Positions 51,690-61,527 of a stretch of 64,000 nt of DNA are shown here, in pieces. How positions within the stretch are numbered: position 1 is the first letter of the stretch; every line of letters begins with the position of its first letter. Both the position numbers and the translations under genes were made by a program. Source of the DNA: an uncultured delta proteobacterium (GTDB lineage Bacteria; Myxococcota_A; Polyangia; Fen-1088); assembly GCA_963737265.1 (NCBI GenBank), contig CAVTRY010000021.1, forward strand, positions 292,600 to 356,599. Reading direction: 5' to 3'. The notes under the pieces are model-generated. The model was not told the DNA's origin, searched no databases, and saw only the letters and a list, made by a program, of their open reading frames with translations.

Positions 51690-52812
51690 GGCCCGGGGCT
51701 GAGCTACCAAGCCCAGCACGATGGTCTCGGCCGACGAACGAAGAAGACCGTCAACGGCCAAACCTGGCACTACTACTGGGATACCGACCGCCTAGCCGCC
51801 GAAGTGTTTCCCGACGGCCGGTTGCGCGTCTACGTCTATCCCGATGCATTCGCCCTGGTGCCGATGCTGTTTCTGGATTACGACAGTGTCGATGCCGATC
51901 CAGCCAGCGGCAAACGCTACCACCTCTATACCGACCACCTCGGCTGTCCCGGGCTGGTGCTGGACGATGCCAGTCGCAACGTCTGGAAAGCGAGGGTCGA
52001 TCCGTACGGCACGGCTCACGTTGAGGTCGGCCAGGACTTCCACCAGCCCCTGCGCTGGCCCGGGCACTATTTCGACGCCGAGACTGGCCTGCACGACAAC
52101 CGCTTCCGGACCTACAGCCCCGAGCTGGGAAGGTACTTGCAATGCGACCCCAGCGGCACAGAGGGTGGGCTCAACCTCTACGCGTACACCGACAATCCGC
52201 TACGGGCGGTGGACCTGCGAGGATATGAAGAGACTTGCCCGGAGGGTACCAAAGACTGTCCGTTCGAAAAGGAGGGGGGCAAAGACAAAGAGGGAGTCAA
52301 GAAAACGGTTTCCGATGCCGAGCCCGGAAAGACGCTTTCCGATGGCAGCCCGATGCCGCCCGGAACGAAGAAGGTAACCTACTCCGACGGCAACCACCAG
52401 GCGCATTACTACGTGGATGGCCAAGGGCGAACGATCCGCGCCGAAGTCCCCGTGAAGCCCCCCGCCGAATACAAGAAACGTGGCGTCGGACACATCAATC
52501 CTGAGGGGCGTGTCGCGTCGTGATGATCGCGGGCACCTAGGCAGCGAACGCGGTGCCCCCAACGCAAAACTGGTCAACCAGCCGGAAAATGTCATCGCAG
52601 AACACGGTACCGAAAGCAATCGAGGCCCGAAGAAGAAGTGGGAGAATTCCGCCAACGCGGAGGCTGCGAACCATCGGGAGTCAAACTATACTTCCGTCCA
52701 CGAACCTCAATATGATGGCAACAATCCTCGACCAACCTCTGTTTCCCATGATCTGCTGAAAGACGGTGAACCTGTTCCAGGCCACGCCGCCGAAATCCCG
52801 AACCCGGAGTGA
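51690..52812 (+). pseudogene. Orphan Rhs core remnant with DRGH-type (Endonuclease NS_2-like) nuclease toxin; frameshift near 52518
   Basis: DNA near-identical to the first Rhs from 44300 on; NPLRAVDLRGY; YYVDGQGRT, DDRGHL, NRGPKKKWEN, YDGNNPRP. Confidence 0.8.
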
Positions 52813-52815
52813 TGA

Positions 52816-53487
52816 ATGGATACCGCAAAGTTGCCCCAAGAAGAACTCAAGACCCTCACTAATGCTCTCTTGGATTGTCTGACCCGTGGAGCCGGCGAAC
52901 ACAGCCGCGCTCAATTTCACGTCGACGTCGAAGGTGCCGACGAGCCTGAGCTTCCCAACATGATGCGTGGCGCCCGACTGACCAGTATGGACAAGAGCGC
53001 CAAGGGCAAACCGTTCGCAGCGGGCAACGTAAGTAAACAGACGTTAGCCTTGCTCAAGGCTGCCACGAAGTCGGATTGTCCTCTCTACCTAATACAATAC
53101 GACTTCGTCAAGGTTGCTGGAGGATGGAAATACGATCTGAAGGTTCAATCACTGGCTGAGTACCAAGCCGTTTGCGCTGCGCGACGCCCGCTTGAGGATT
53201 CGGTCGTTCCTCTTCTGATCGAGGTCATCGAGCTGGCCCAGCCCGATTGGCGCGAAATCAGTTGGAATCTTGGCTTTCCGCCAATGAGCGAGGAGAAGGT
53301 TGAACTCTTCGCGAGCAAGAAGGAACTGCAGTCAACGCCGGTTGCCATCACCGACTCTTTGTGCGCGAAGGCCGAGGAATTCCGCGACTTCTACAGAACA
53401 AATGGCTTCGAGCTGCAACTCATGAAGTTCCAACTGCTGGGCGGTAGCAGGAAGAAGGTGCGCGAGGTTGAGGTCTGGTATGTCTGA
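52816..53487 (+). CDS. Putative immunity protein
   Basis: Immediately follows the nuclease toxin domain; no signal peptide. Confidence 0.65.
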   Translation: MDTAKLPQEELKTLTNALLDCLTRGAGEHSRAQFHVDVEGADEPELPNMMRGARLTSMDKSAKGKPFAAGNVSKQTLALLKAATKSDCPLYLIQYDFVKVAGGWKYDLKVQSLAEYQAVCAARRPLEDSVVPLLIEVIELAQPDWREISWNLGFPPMSEEKVELFASKKELQSTPVAITDSLCAKAEEFRDFYRTNGFELQLMKFQLLGGSRKKVREVEVWYV

Positions 53488-53824
53488 GGCGGACATCCCG
53501 ATTCAGATTGCCCAGCAGCCCGTCGACAACGAAATCAGTGCCGCGTTGTTCGGCGTACTGCCAGAAGACTGGGGCGGGATTCGGATCGAGGCACGGCGGA
53601 CTGTCGTGGGGGCTGGGGCCGAAAGCTATCGCATAGACCTGATCTCGACCGAGAACAAGCCTGGCCTGGCTTTCGTGTCGGACGAGCTTCAGGATGCCGT
53701 TCGAAAGCTCTTCCTTCTGCATAAACGCCACAATACCAATTTGTGCCTGGCCCGCTATATCCTCCAACAGGGCCTCGACGGATGGAACCTGGTGAGTGAG
53801 TTCGAGTACGACGACGCGAATTAG
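53480..53824 (+). CDS. Putative immunity protein (DUF600/YezG-like)
   Basis: LPEDWGGIRIEA...DELQDAVRKL...EFEY pattern; overlaps the previous gene. Confidence 0.6.
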   Translation: MSEADIPIQIAQQPVDNEISAALFGVLPEDWGGIRIEARRTVVGAGAESYRIDLISTENKPGLAFVSDELQDAVRKLFLLHKRHNTNLCLARYILQQGLDGWNLVSEFEYDDAN

Positions 53825-53830
53825 ACAAAG

Positions 53831-54496
53831 CTACCGCTCTCCTCTGCGAGCGGCTGCCTCCATCAGTACAGTGGACAGTCGTTCGTCGCTGCAGCTTACG
53901 ACGAAGCGACCGTCCACGCGGTAGATGAGGAAGTCGCCAGACTCGTAGCGATCCGCAAGCCACTCCAGCAAGTCAACGAGACCGGGCAACAGGACACACT
54001 TCTTGTCTTCGTCCCGGCCGAAGTTAATGACCTGACCCGGAGATCCAGCAGGTCCTGGATTGAAATCCAGGCCAATGTAGTTTCCCTCCATCGGCTCCTT
54101 GGCCACAGGAATCCAGCCGGCGCTCGTGTAAACCTCCTCGATCGAATCTGGCGGCTCAGACGTGTAGCTCGCACGGTAGAGCAGGGAAGGCGCCGCCTTT
54201 CCGCGAACGTCCTCCCGGCTCCTCCATTCCCTAGCAATCATCCCCGTCGACAGGAACGTCCATGCGCCAAACAGCCCAGGATCGTCCTGTTCCAGTTGAC
54301 CGTTGTTCTCCTTCAACAACGCGACCCAGGAGGCAGGGAGTGCCATTCCGATCGCCGACTCCAGCCTCTGGATGGCATCGTCATTTGCTCCGGGCGCAAG
54401 AAGAGAGTGCCCCTCTGGGAAGTTCGTCGCCAACCAATCCCGCACGCGCCGCCAGGCTCGCACGCTTCGTACCGGTTCCGCCGCTCTCGCTTCCAT
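53831..54496 (-). CDS. SMI1/KNR4 (SUKH) family immunity protein
   Basis: LAPGANDDAIQRLESAIGMALP, NNGQ, WIPVA, GNYIGLDFNPGPAGSPGQVINFGRDE. Confidence 0.88.
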   Translation of the reverse strand: MEARAAEPVRSVRAWRRVRDWLATNFPEGHSLLAPGANDDAIQRLESAIGMALPASWVALLKENNGQLEQDDPGLFGAWTFLSTGMIAREWRSREDVRGKAAPSLLYRASYTSEPPDSIEEVYTSAGWIPVAKEPMEGNYIGLDFNPGPAGSPGQVINFGRDEDKKCVLLPGLVDLLEWLADRYESGDFLIYRVDGRFVVSCSDERLSTVLMEAAARRGER

Positions 54497-54533
54497 AGCC
54501 CGGCAGCATGCCGCTTTGCCTTCGGCCCGGCAA

Positions 54534-55296
54534 GGAAACTGGCGTCGCGGAAACCGGCGTCGCGGTGGCGACCAACGCTATCGCGGCGATGCTGCCGGCC
54601 TTCCCAGCGGCGCAGTTGGGCTCGCTCTACGTCGGCGCTCCGCACGCGCACGCCCATCCCCCGTCTCTCATTCCGCCGGCGCCGCCGGTGCCCCTGCCCA
54701 GCATGGGTGCCATCACCCTCGGAACCTGCGTGCGGGTTCTGGTGGGCGGCATGCCCGCGGCGCGCGTGGGCAATCTGGGGATGGCGCCCACCTGCGGCGG
54801 TCTGGCGCCGTATTTCACAGTGTTCCTGGGTTCGTCCAAGGTCTTCTTCGGCGGCGCGCGGGCCGCGCGCATGACCGACATGTGCGCCGTGTGCTCGCCC
54901 GGCTCGCCCCGCTCGATGAGCGTGTTGTCGCTGGCCTTGGCGGCCAAGAGCGCGATCGATGATATGGCCGCCGCCGACGAGACCGCGCAAACCGACGCCG
55001 CCATGGGGGCAGCCCAGGCCCTGGGCGCGGCCATGTCCGCCGCCCAGACCGCGGCCGACGCCATCGCCGCCGTGATGACCTCGCTCATGGGCTCGGATCC
55101 GGCCATCCCCCCCAAGCTGCCAGGTTTCATCATGCTGGGCGCGCCCACCGTCCTCGTCGCCGGCGTTCCCGTCCCAGCGACGGACGCGATCGCCAAGTGG
55201 CTGAAGAACAAGCTCAAGGGCCTCGCCTCCAAGGCCAGGAAAGGCGCCGGAAAAGTGCTCGCAAAATTGGGCGGAGGCGGCGGATGTCCCGGATGA
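54534..55296 (+). pseudogene. 5'-truncated second copy of the PAAR gene
   Basis: Near-identical to 41168-41915; lacks the first ~70 codons; begins at a 15-bp tandem duplication. Confidence 0.85.
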
Positions 55297-57454
55297 CTTC
55301 CAGGACGTGCGCCCCGGTTTCGTGGTCCCAGGGCCTGCGCCTGGTGGGCGATCCCGTGGACGTGGTCACCGGCGCGCAGACCTTCTTCGAAACCGACTTT
55401 CGCCTGCAAGGCGAGCACATTCCCATCTCGTGGACCCGCCACTACGACAACCGTCGCAACCAGATCGATTGCGGCGCCGGACACGGTTTCCGCCTCTCCT
55501 TCGACGTCGAGCTCCGCTTCGACCTCGACGGCATCACGTTCGTCAATGGCCAGGGCGACAACGTCGAATTCCCCTTCCTGTCCGAGGACGGCGAGCGGCT
55601 TGTGCGCGACGGCCACGAAATCGTGCGCGTTGGTCTTCACCACTACTGCGTGTCCCCGCCGGGGGACGCGCCCTGCTGGGACTTTCGCTTCGAGCGAGAA
55701 ACCACCGCCCGACCAAGCTCGCTGTTCTACGAAGACGATCGGCGTCCCGCGGTGCGCTTGCATTACGAAAAGGGCCTCCTGTCCACCATGCAGGTCGACG
55801 CCAGCAAACGCGTGGCCTTCGAGTACGCGGGCTCGCACGTCACCGGTGCCGTACTTCTGGAAGCCGGCAACCCGACCAAGCAGCGTCTGGTGCGCTACCA
55901 GTACGACCCGCAGGGTCGCCTGACTGGCGTCGAGGACGCCTATGGCGGCACGCTTCGCTACGAATACGACAAAGACAATCGCTTGGTCCGTTCGACCGAC
56001 CGGCGCGGCTACAGCTTCCTGTTCGCCTACGACGCCGAGGGCCGCTGCATCCACACCCGTGGCGAAGACGGCGTCGAGGAATACCGGTTCGAGTACAAAC
56101 CCCTCGAGCGCCTGACAGTGGTCACCCGCGGCGACGGCGCCGTCACGAGCTACTACTACGACGAGCAGAACGGCCTTGTACAGGTCATCGATCCCTGCGG
56201 TGGCGTGACCGCTTACCTGAAGGACGACGAAGGTCGGGTCGTCGGCGAGGTGGATCCGAACGGCAACAAGAACGAGATCCTCTACGATGAGCGCGGCCAG
56301 CCCTACGCCAAGCGGGATCCGCTGGGACACGTGCGCGCGACGCCCGCCGACCCAACGCCGCATCCCCTCTCGCACCGCCTGCCGGAGAATCCGCTGCAAT
56401 GGGAGCAAGGCGACTGGCCGGGGCCCACACAGGCCATTCCTGACGGGGTACCGCTCGGGAGATGGCTTCCGCGCTGGTTGATCGATACCTGGGGCGAGAA
56501 CCCCATCGTTTTGCAGCCGGCGCCGGTTCTCGTCAAGAACCTCCAGGGGCTGGCCGTCCGCGAAGAGCGCAGGGATAGCAAGGCTCGCCGCTGGGCATAC
56601 GATTTCAACGGCTATTTCCGCTGGTACACCGATTTCGACGGAGAAACCAGCCGCTATGAGTACACTTCCTGGAACCACCTGCAGCGCCGGATAGACCCGC
56701 TCGAAAGCATCACCGAATACGGCTACACCAAGAGCGAGAAGGTGGCGACGATCGTTGACCCGCTCGGCACACGCCACGACTATGGTTACGATCTGAAGGA
56801 TCGCCTGATCGCGGTTCGTCGCCACGGCAATGTTCGAGAGAGTTACAAATACGATGCCGCTGACAACCTGATCGAGAAGGTCGACGGGCAAGGCAAGCCG
56901 CTGCTGACCCTCGCCATCGGTGCAGGCAACCTGATGAAGCAGCGAAAGCTGGCATCAGGCGATGTACAGGACTTCGAATATACGAAGGAGGGCCGGCTCG
57001 TCAAAGTCAAGAACCGCGCCGGCACTACTACCTTCGCTTACAATCCAGTCGGTCGCTGCATTACCGATGAACGAAATGGTCTAGGAGCTCGCCATCGTTT
57101 TGTCGCTGACCAGCTCTTCAGTGACGGTGGCTCCGAAATTCCGTAGCGGCGGTGGCCCGAAAATCGGAGATGGGGCGTTGGCTGGGCGAGCAGCGTGCAT
57201 GGTGGCGTGACTTCCGCGGTGTGAAGCCTACGGGGACGGCTGGCTGACGGGACCACGGCGCCGGCCTGGTCAGGAAATTCGCGGCAGCGGTGGAGGTGGC
57301 GTAAGCAGGGGGCTGCGGCTCCCGAAGGAGGAGGGGCACGGGTCACAACACCCGGGCCCCTCGTGTCGGTACGTTGGGACGCGTCGACGACCGAGTCGTC
57401 GCAGGTTCCGAGGCAGATGTCCAGTTTTTGGGCGCCGCAGGACGGGACGCGCGA

Positions 57455-58081
57455 TTGGACTCGATTCGGATAGCGATATGTAGCCTGCCCGGCTGTGGGC
57501 AGGTGTTTTTCGTCTGCTCTCGCTGCGACCACGGCAATCGCTACTGCACGGCCACCTGCAGCCGACTGGCCCTGCTCGCATCGTGGCGTAAGGCCAGCCG
57601 CCTTCGGCAATCGACCCGTGGGGGCCGGCGTGCACATGCCAGGCGGCAGCGCGTGTGCCGACAGAAAGTGACTCATAGGTCTCACCAAGAATTTGCGTTG
57701 CCGGTACAGATCCCCTTGTCGCTGGATTCAGGCGGCAAGGAGGAATGCGATGGAAGAGCGAATCCTGGTGGCAATCCACCCGGGGCGGGGATCGACACGA
57801 GTCCTGGTGACCGGGGATGCGGGCGAGACGATACTGAAGGCCCGGCTGGAGCGAACGCCCTGGCACGCACGTGCATTGCCAACGCTATTAGAAGCGCTGG
57901 CGCTGTGGCAGAAGCAGAAGGTCCACGGTGTAGTTTTTGCGGGATCAGGGGGCAGTCCATACGGGTCGAGTCTGTGTGCCACACTCGACGCCGAGCACGA
58001 GCGGACGCCCCTTTACACGGTCGACGTGGTCGAGGCCCGCCGGCCACCGCGCCAGGCGGACCAGCTTCGGGGTATGGGTGA
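57455..58081 (+). CDS. IS21-associated Zn-finger/basic protein
   Basis: CSLPGC...CSRCDHGNRYC...C, Arg-rich helix ending KVTH, distal CSFCG; TTG start inferred. Confidence 0.6.
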   Translation: MDSIRIAICSLPGCGQVFFVCSRCDHGNRYCTATCSRLALLASWRKASRLRQSTRGGRRAHARRQRVCRQKVTHRSHQEFALPVQIPLSLDSGGKEECDGRANPGGNPPGAGIDTSPGDRGCGRDDTEGPAGANALARTCIANAIRSAGAVAEAEGPRCSFCGIRGQSIRVESVCHTRRRARADAPLHGRRGRGPPATAPGGPASGYG

Positions 58082-58127
58082 TTACCGAGATCTCCGCCAG
58101 CTGTTGCTTTTCGAAAGGTTGCGGTGA
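57750..58127 (+). CDS. Hypothetical protein of the IS21-like element (125 aa)
   Basis: Strong AAGGAGG RBS; ILKARL...HARALPTLLEALALW; GTGA overlap with the ParB ORF. Confidence 0.7.
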   Translation: MEERILVAIHPGRGSTRVLVTGDAGETILKARLERTPWHARALPTLLEALALWQKQKVHGVVFAGSGGSPYGSSLCATLDAEHERTPLYTVDVVEARRPPRQADQLRGMGDYRDLRQLLLFERLR

Positions 58128-59254
58128 ACGCCCCGGTCGACCTGCCTGCGCCACAAGCGCGTGTGCCGGACGAGGTGGCTGGGGCAGTGTGCTTTCTGCC
58201 CGTGTCCAATCTACGGACAAGCTATGCGCACCTCCGTCCCGGCTGTCTTGCACCCACGGAAATGCTCACGGCAGAGCTGCCGGTACGGGTGGCGCAGACG
58301 GAAGATGGCCATTACGAGGTGCTTGACGGGTTCAAGCGTCTCAGTCGCTGGCGGGCGCAAGGCCACAGTCACGTGCCAGTGATGCTGGAGATATCGGCCT
58401 CGCGCATCGACCACAAGCGCACCATGCTGGCCGCCAATGCCCCACCGCGCTCCTTGACCGCGCTCGACGAGGCACGGGTCGTCGCCTCCTTGGTCGACGA
58501 GGACGAGCTGTCAGCGCGGGCAGTGGCGCTTCTTTGCGGACGCAAGACTGACTGGGTAGAGCGGCGGCTGCTATTGGCCAGACATCTCGGCGCGGAGGCG
58601 AGCGCGGCGCTGGCGCAAGGGCGTATTGGCCCATCGCTCGCCGAAGCGCTGGCTCCGCTCGGGCGACAGGACCAGGCCACGGTGCTTGCCGCCATCACAC
58701 ACCACCATGTACCCACCCGAAGAGCGCTCGCACTGGTCGCCGCCTACCGGGCCGCCGATCCCGCGGATCGCCGCTGCCTGATTGATGATCCGCTCGGGCA
58801 ACTGGCACCGGCTACGACGTCAGCCTCGCTTTCGACGCGAGCGTCGGTCCTGACGGACACGCTGGCCCACTTTCGCAAGACGCTACACGAGCTCGCGAAT
58901 TTCCATCTGCCGAGCGATCTGGCGCCACCGGAGCGGCGACGCCTGGAAGCGCTCTTCCGCGCCGTCCTCGACGACCTTGGACGGACCGCGACCACCCTGA
59001 GTGCCGACGCCAAGCTTTGGCCTCGGCCATCCACCACGAGAAAGGACCCCTATGAACATGGACACGAAAGACCCGCCGGAAGCCCTCCGCTCACCGCCTG
59101 TGAATCCACCCCCGGCGGCGCCACCGCAACTCAAACGGGGCCGGCCGCGGCGCACGCTCACCCTGGAGCAACTCGAGAAAATTGTGGAGTTGCACCCATT
59201 CTACGGCAGTCGGAAGATTGCCAAACGCACGAACTTGACTCGACAGATGGTTGA
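58124..59254 (+). CDS. ParB/Srx N-terminal-domain protein
   Basis: PVRV...HYEVLDGFKRL (ParB box-like), LTALDEARVV, helix-turn-helix LSARAVALLCGRKTDWVERRL. Confidence 0.8.
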   Translation: MNAPVDLPAPQARVPDEVAGAVCFLPVSNLRTSYAHLRPGCLAPTEMLTAELPVRVAQTEDGHYEVLDGFKRLSRWRAQGHSHVPVMLEISASRIDHKRTMLAANAPPRSLTALDEARVVASLVDEDELSARAVALLCGRKTDWVERRLLLARHLGAEASAALAQGRIGPSLAEALAPLGRQDQATVLAAITHHHVPTRRALALVAAYRAADPADRRCLIDDPLGQLAPATTSASLSTRASVLTDTLAHFRKTLHELANFHLPSDLAPPERRRLEALFRAVLDDLGRTATTLSADAKLWPRPSTTRKDPYEHGHERPAGSPPLTACESTPGGATATQTGPAAAHAHPGATRENCGVAPILRQSEDCQTHELDSTDG

Positions 59255-60752
59255 GCGGGTCTTGCGAGAGCGAGGGCTGCTGGCGACGCTGCACACGCCC
59301 CTGCTGGCTCACAGCAAGCTTCAGCCATTCTACGAGCCCATTGCCGATCGAGTACAGAAAGACCTGACGGCCACCCGCATCCTGCGCGAGATCACGGGAA
59401 TGGGGTACTCGGGCGGCCGGACGATCTTGGCCGAACACCTCCGCAAGCTCCGCGCCGAGATGACGGTGCTACCACGGAAGCCAACCACCAAGCGCCGTTT
59501 CGAGACTGGTCCCGCGGTCGAGATGCAGATCGACTGGAGCCCCTACGAAATCCTGATAGCGGGCCGACCGGTGAAGGTACATGTCCTCGGCTGCCTCCTG
59601 TGCTACTCGCGCAAACTCTTCCTCCACTTCTACCGTGACGAGCGCCAGTCGACTCTACTTGAGGGGCTTGCCAGCGCCTTCGAGTACTTTGACGGCGTCG
59701 CACATCGGCTGGTCCTGGACAACATGTCGACTGCGGTCCTCGGCCGCATAGGCTCTGGGCGCAAGCCCCTGTGGCATGACCGCTTCGCTGACTTCGTCCG
59801 CCACTACGGCATGGATGCCTTCGCCTGCAAAGTCCGCGACCCAGATCGCAAGGGCAAGAAGGAGAAGTCCTTCCGCCTCGTCTGGGACGATTTCGTCAAG
59901 GGCACCGAATTCGCCTCCTGGGACGACCTGCACGCGCGCTGTCGCCGCTGGCTCGACGAAACTCCAACTCTCGGCAACCTCCGCGTCCACGGAACCACCC
60001 GGCGCGTCCCCAACGAGGTCTGGGACAGCGAGGAACACGCCCTGCTCATCCGCTTACCCCGAGACCGCTTCCCGGTCCACGAGAGCGCCCCACGGATTGT
60101 CGATTGCGACTCCACTCTCTCGATCCACGGGACCAGGTACACGGTGCCCGCCGCACTGGCGGGCCGTTCAGTCGCCGTACGGCTCTTTGCCGAGCACTTC
60201 GACGTCCTCGACCCGCACGGCTGCGTCGCCTTTTCCCGCATCTACGTCCCCGACGAGCAGAAGGGCCGTCTCGTCATCGACGAGACCCACTACGCCAATC
60301 TCCCACGACGCGGATTTGGTCGGGGCCTGGTCGACGGTGGCGACCGCCTCGACGAGGCCTTCCTACGTCGCTTTCCCGACCTCGCTCCTTTGGTCGATGG
60401 CCTCAAGTGCCGCATGAAGACCCTCGCGCCCATCCACATCCGCGCCCTGCTGCGTTTGTGCGACCGCTTCGGCGAAGACGCTTTTCGTGTCGCCGCCACC
60501 AGGGTCCAGCACTTTCGCCGTTTCGATGCCACCGCCGTCGAACGCATCCTCGACCAGCAGGCCGAGCCGCTGCCCGACATCGACGCTGTCTCGCCACTTT
60601 TCGGATGCGGTCCCACCATCCTTGGCGAGATTGAGGCGCCCTCTCTCGACGCATTTGCCGACCTCGACGCCCAGCCTGGCCACCAAGAAGCGAGCCACGG
60701 GAACGCCACCTTGTCAGTCGCGCTCCCTGAGGAGGACAATCATGGCTCGTAG
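59052..60752 (+). CDS. istA: IS21-family transposase IstA
   Basis: GYSGGRTIL, RRFETGPAVEMQIDW, LCYSR, LVLDNM, RKGKKE, RVHGTT. Confidence 0.92.
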   Translation: MNMDTKDPPEALRSPPVNPPPAAPPQLKRGRPRRTLTLEQLEKIVELHPFYGSRKIAKRTNLTRQMVERVLRERGLLATLHTPLLAHSKLQPFYEPIADRVQKDLTATRILREITGMGYSGGRTILAEHLRKLRAEMTVLPRKPTTKRRFETGPAVEMQIDWSPYEILIAGRPVKVHVLGCLLCYSRKLFLHFYRDERQSTLLEGLASAFEYFDGVAHRLVLDNMSTAVLGRIGSGRKPLWHDRFADFVRHYGMDAFACKVRDPDRKGKKEKSFRLVWDDFVKGTEFASWDDLHARCRRWLDETPTLGNLRVHGTTRRVPNEVWDSEEHALLIRLPRDRFPVHESAPRIVDCDSTLSIHGTRYTVPAALAGRSVAVRLFAEHFDVLDPHGCVAFSRIYVPDEQKGRLVIDETHYANLPRRGFGRGLVDGGDRLDEAFLRRFPDLAPLVDGLKCRMKTLAPIHIRALLRLCDRFGEDAFRVAATRVQHFRRFDATAVERILDQQAEPLPDIDAVSPLFGCGPTILGEIEAPSLDAFADLDAQPGHQEASHGNATLSVALPEEDNHGS

Positions 60753-61527
60753 TCGCCACCGCCCACCGGCTCCAGATCCCGTCGATGAGCTGGTCCAACT
60801 CGCCATCGACCTGGACCTGACCACACTGTCCGCAGCCTTGCCCAGCATGCTTCGCCGTGCTGAACAGGAGGGCATGGCCTTCACGGCCTTTGCCGGTGCC
60901 TTGCTTCGTGCCGAGACCGATGCCCGCCGCGAGCGCCGTCTTGAGCGCAGCTTGCGTCGATTGCGCCTCGGCACGGTCGAGGGACTCGACGGATTCGACT
61001 TTCAGATTCGGCCACAACTCGAGCCCCGCGTGGTCAACGAGCTGGTCAACTGCCGATTCGTCGAGGAGCGCCGCAACGTCCTCTGTCTCGGCAAACCCGG
61101 CACCGGCAAGACCCGCATCGCCAAGGCCCTGGCCCACGCAGCCTGCATCGCTGGTCACTCCACCCTCTGCGTCCTCTGCGCCGACATGCTTGAAGACCTC
61201 CACGCCTCGCAGGCCGACGGCACCTTCCGCCGGGCCCTGCGCCGCTACGTCAAGCCGGCGCTGCTGCTCATCGACGAATTCGCCTACCAGGCCTTTGACA
61301 CCCACACCACCAACTACCTGTTCCGCGTCGTCGGTGCCAGACACGGCCAGGGCTCGATCGTGCTCACCGCCAATACCGGCTTTCAGCAATGGAAGAACGC
61401 CTTTCCCTCCGAAGCCTCCGCCGTCTCCACCGTCGACCGCCTGGTCGACCGCGCTACCATCCTTCGCTTCACAGGCAAAAGCTGCCGCGCCCCAAAGGAG
61501 ATTGTCGGCGCTCCCCTCGACGATTAG
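60742..61527 (+). CDS. istB: IS21-family AAA+ ATPase IstB
   Basis: GGAGGA RBS; LDGFDF, GKPGTGKT, LLLIDEFAY, VDRLVDRA. Confidence 0.94.
   Translation: MARSRHRPPAPDPVDELVQLAIDLDLTTLSAALPSMLRRAEQEGMAFTAFAGALLRAETDARRERRLERSLRRLRLGTVEGLDGFDFQIRPQLEPRVVNELVNCRFVEERRNVLCLGKPGTGKTRIAKALAHAACIAGHSTLCVLCADMLEDLHASQADGTFRRALRRYVKPALLLIDEFAYQAFDTHTTNYLFRVVGARHGQGSIVLTANTGFQQWKNAFPSEASAVSTVDRLVDRATILRFTGKSCRAPKEIVGAPLDD

Noticed and set aside
58124-59254. ParB ORF as evidence of an integrated plasmid or partition system
   Set aside because: No parA, rep or conjugation genes; the ORF lies inside IS termini bounded by a target duplication
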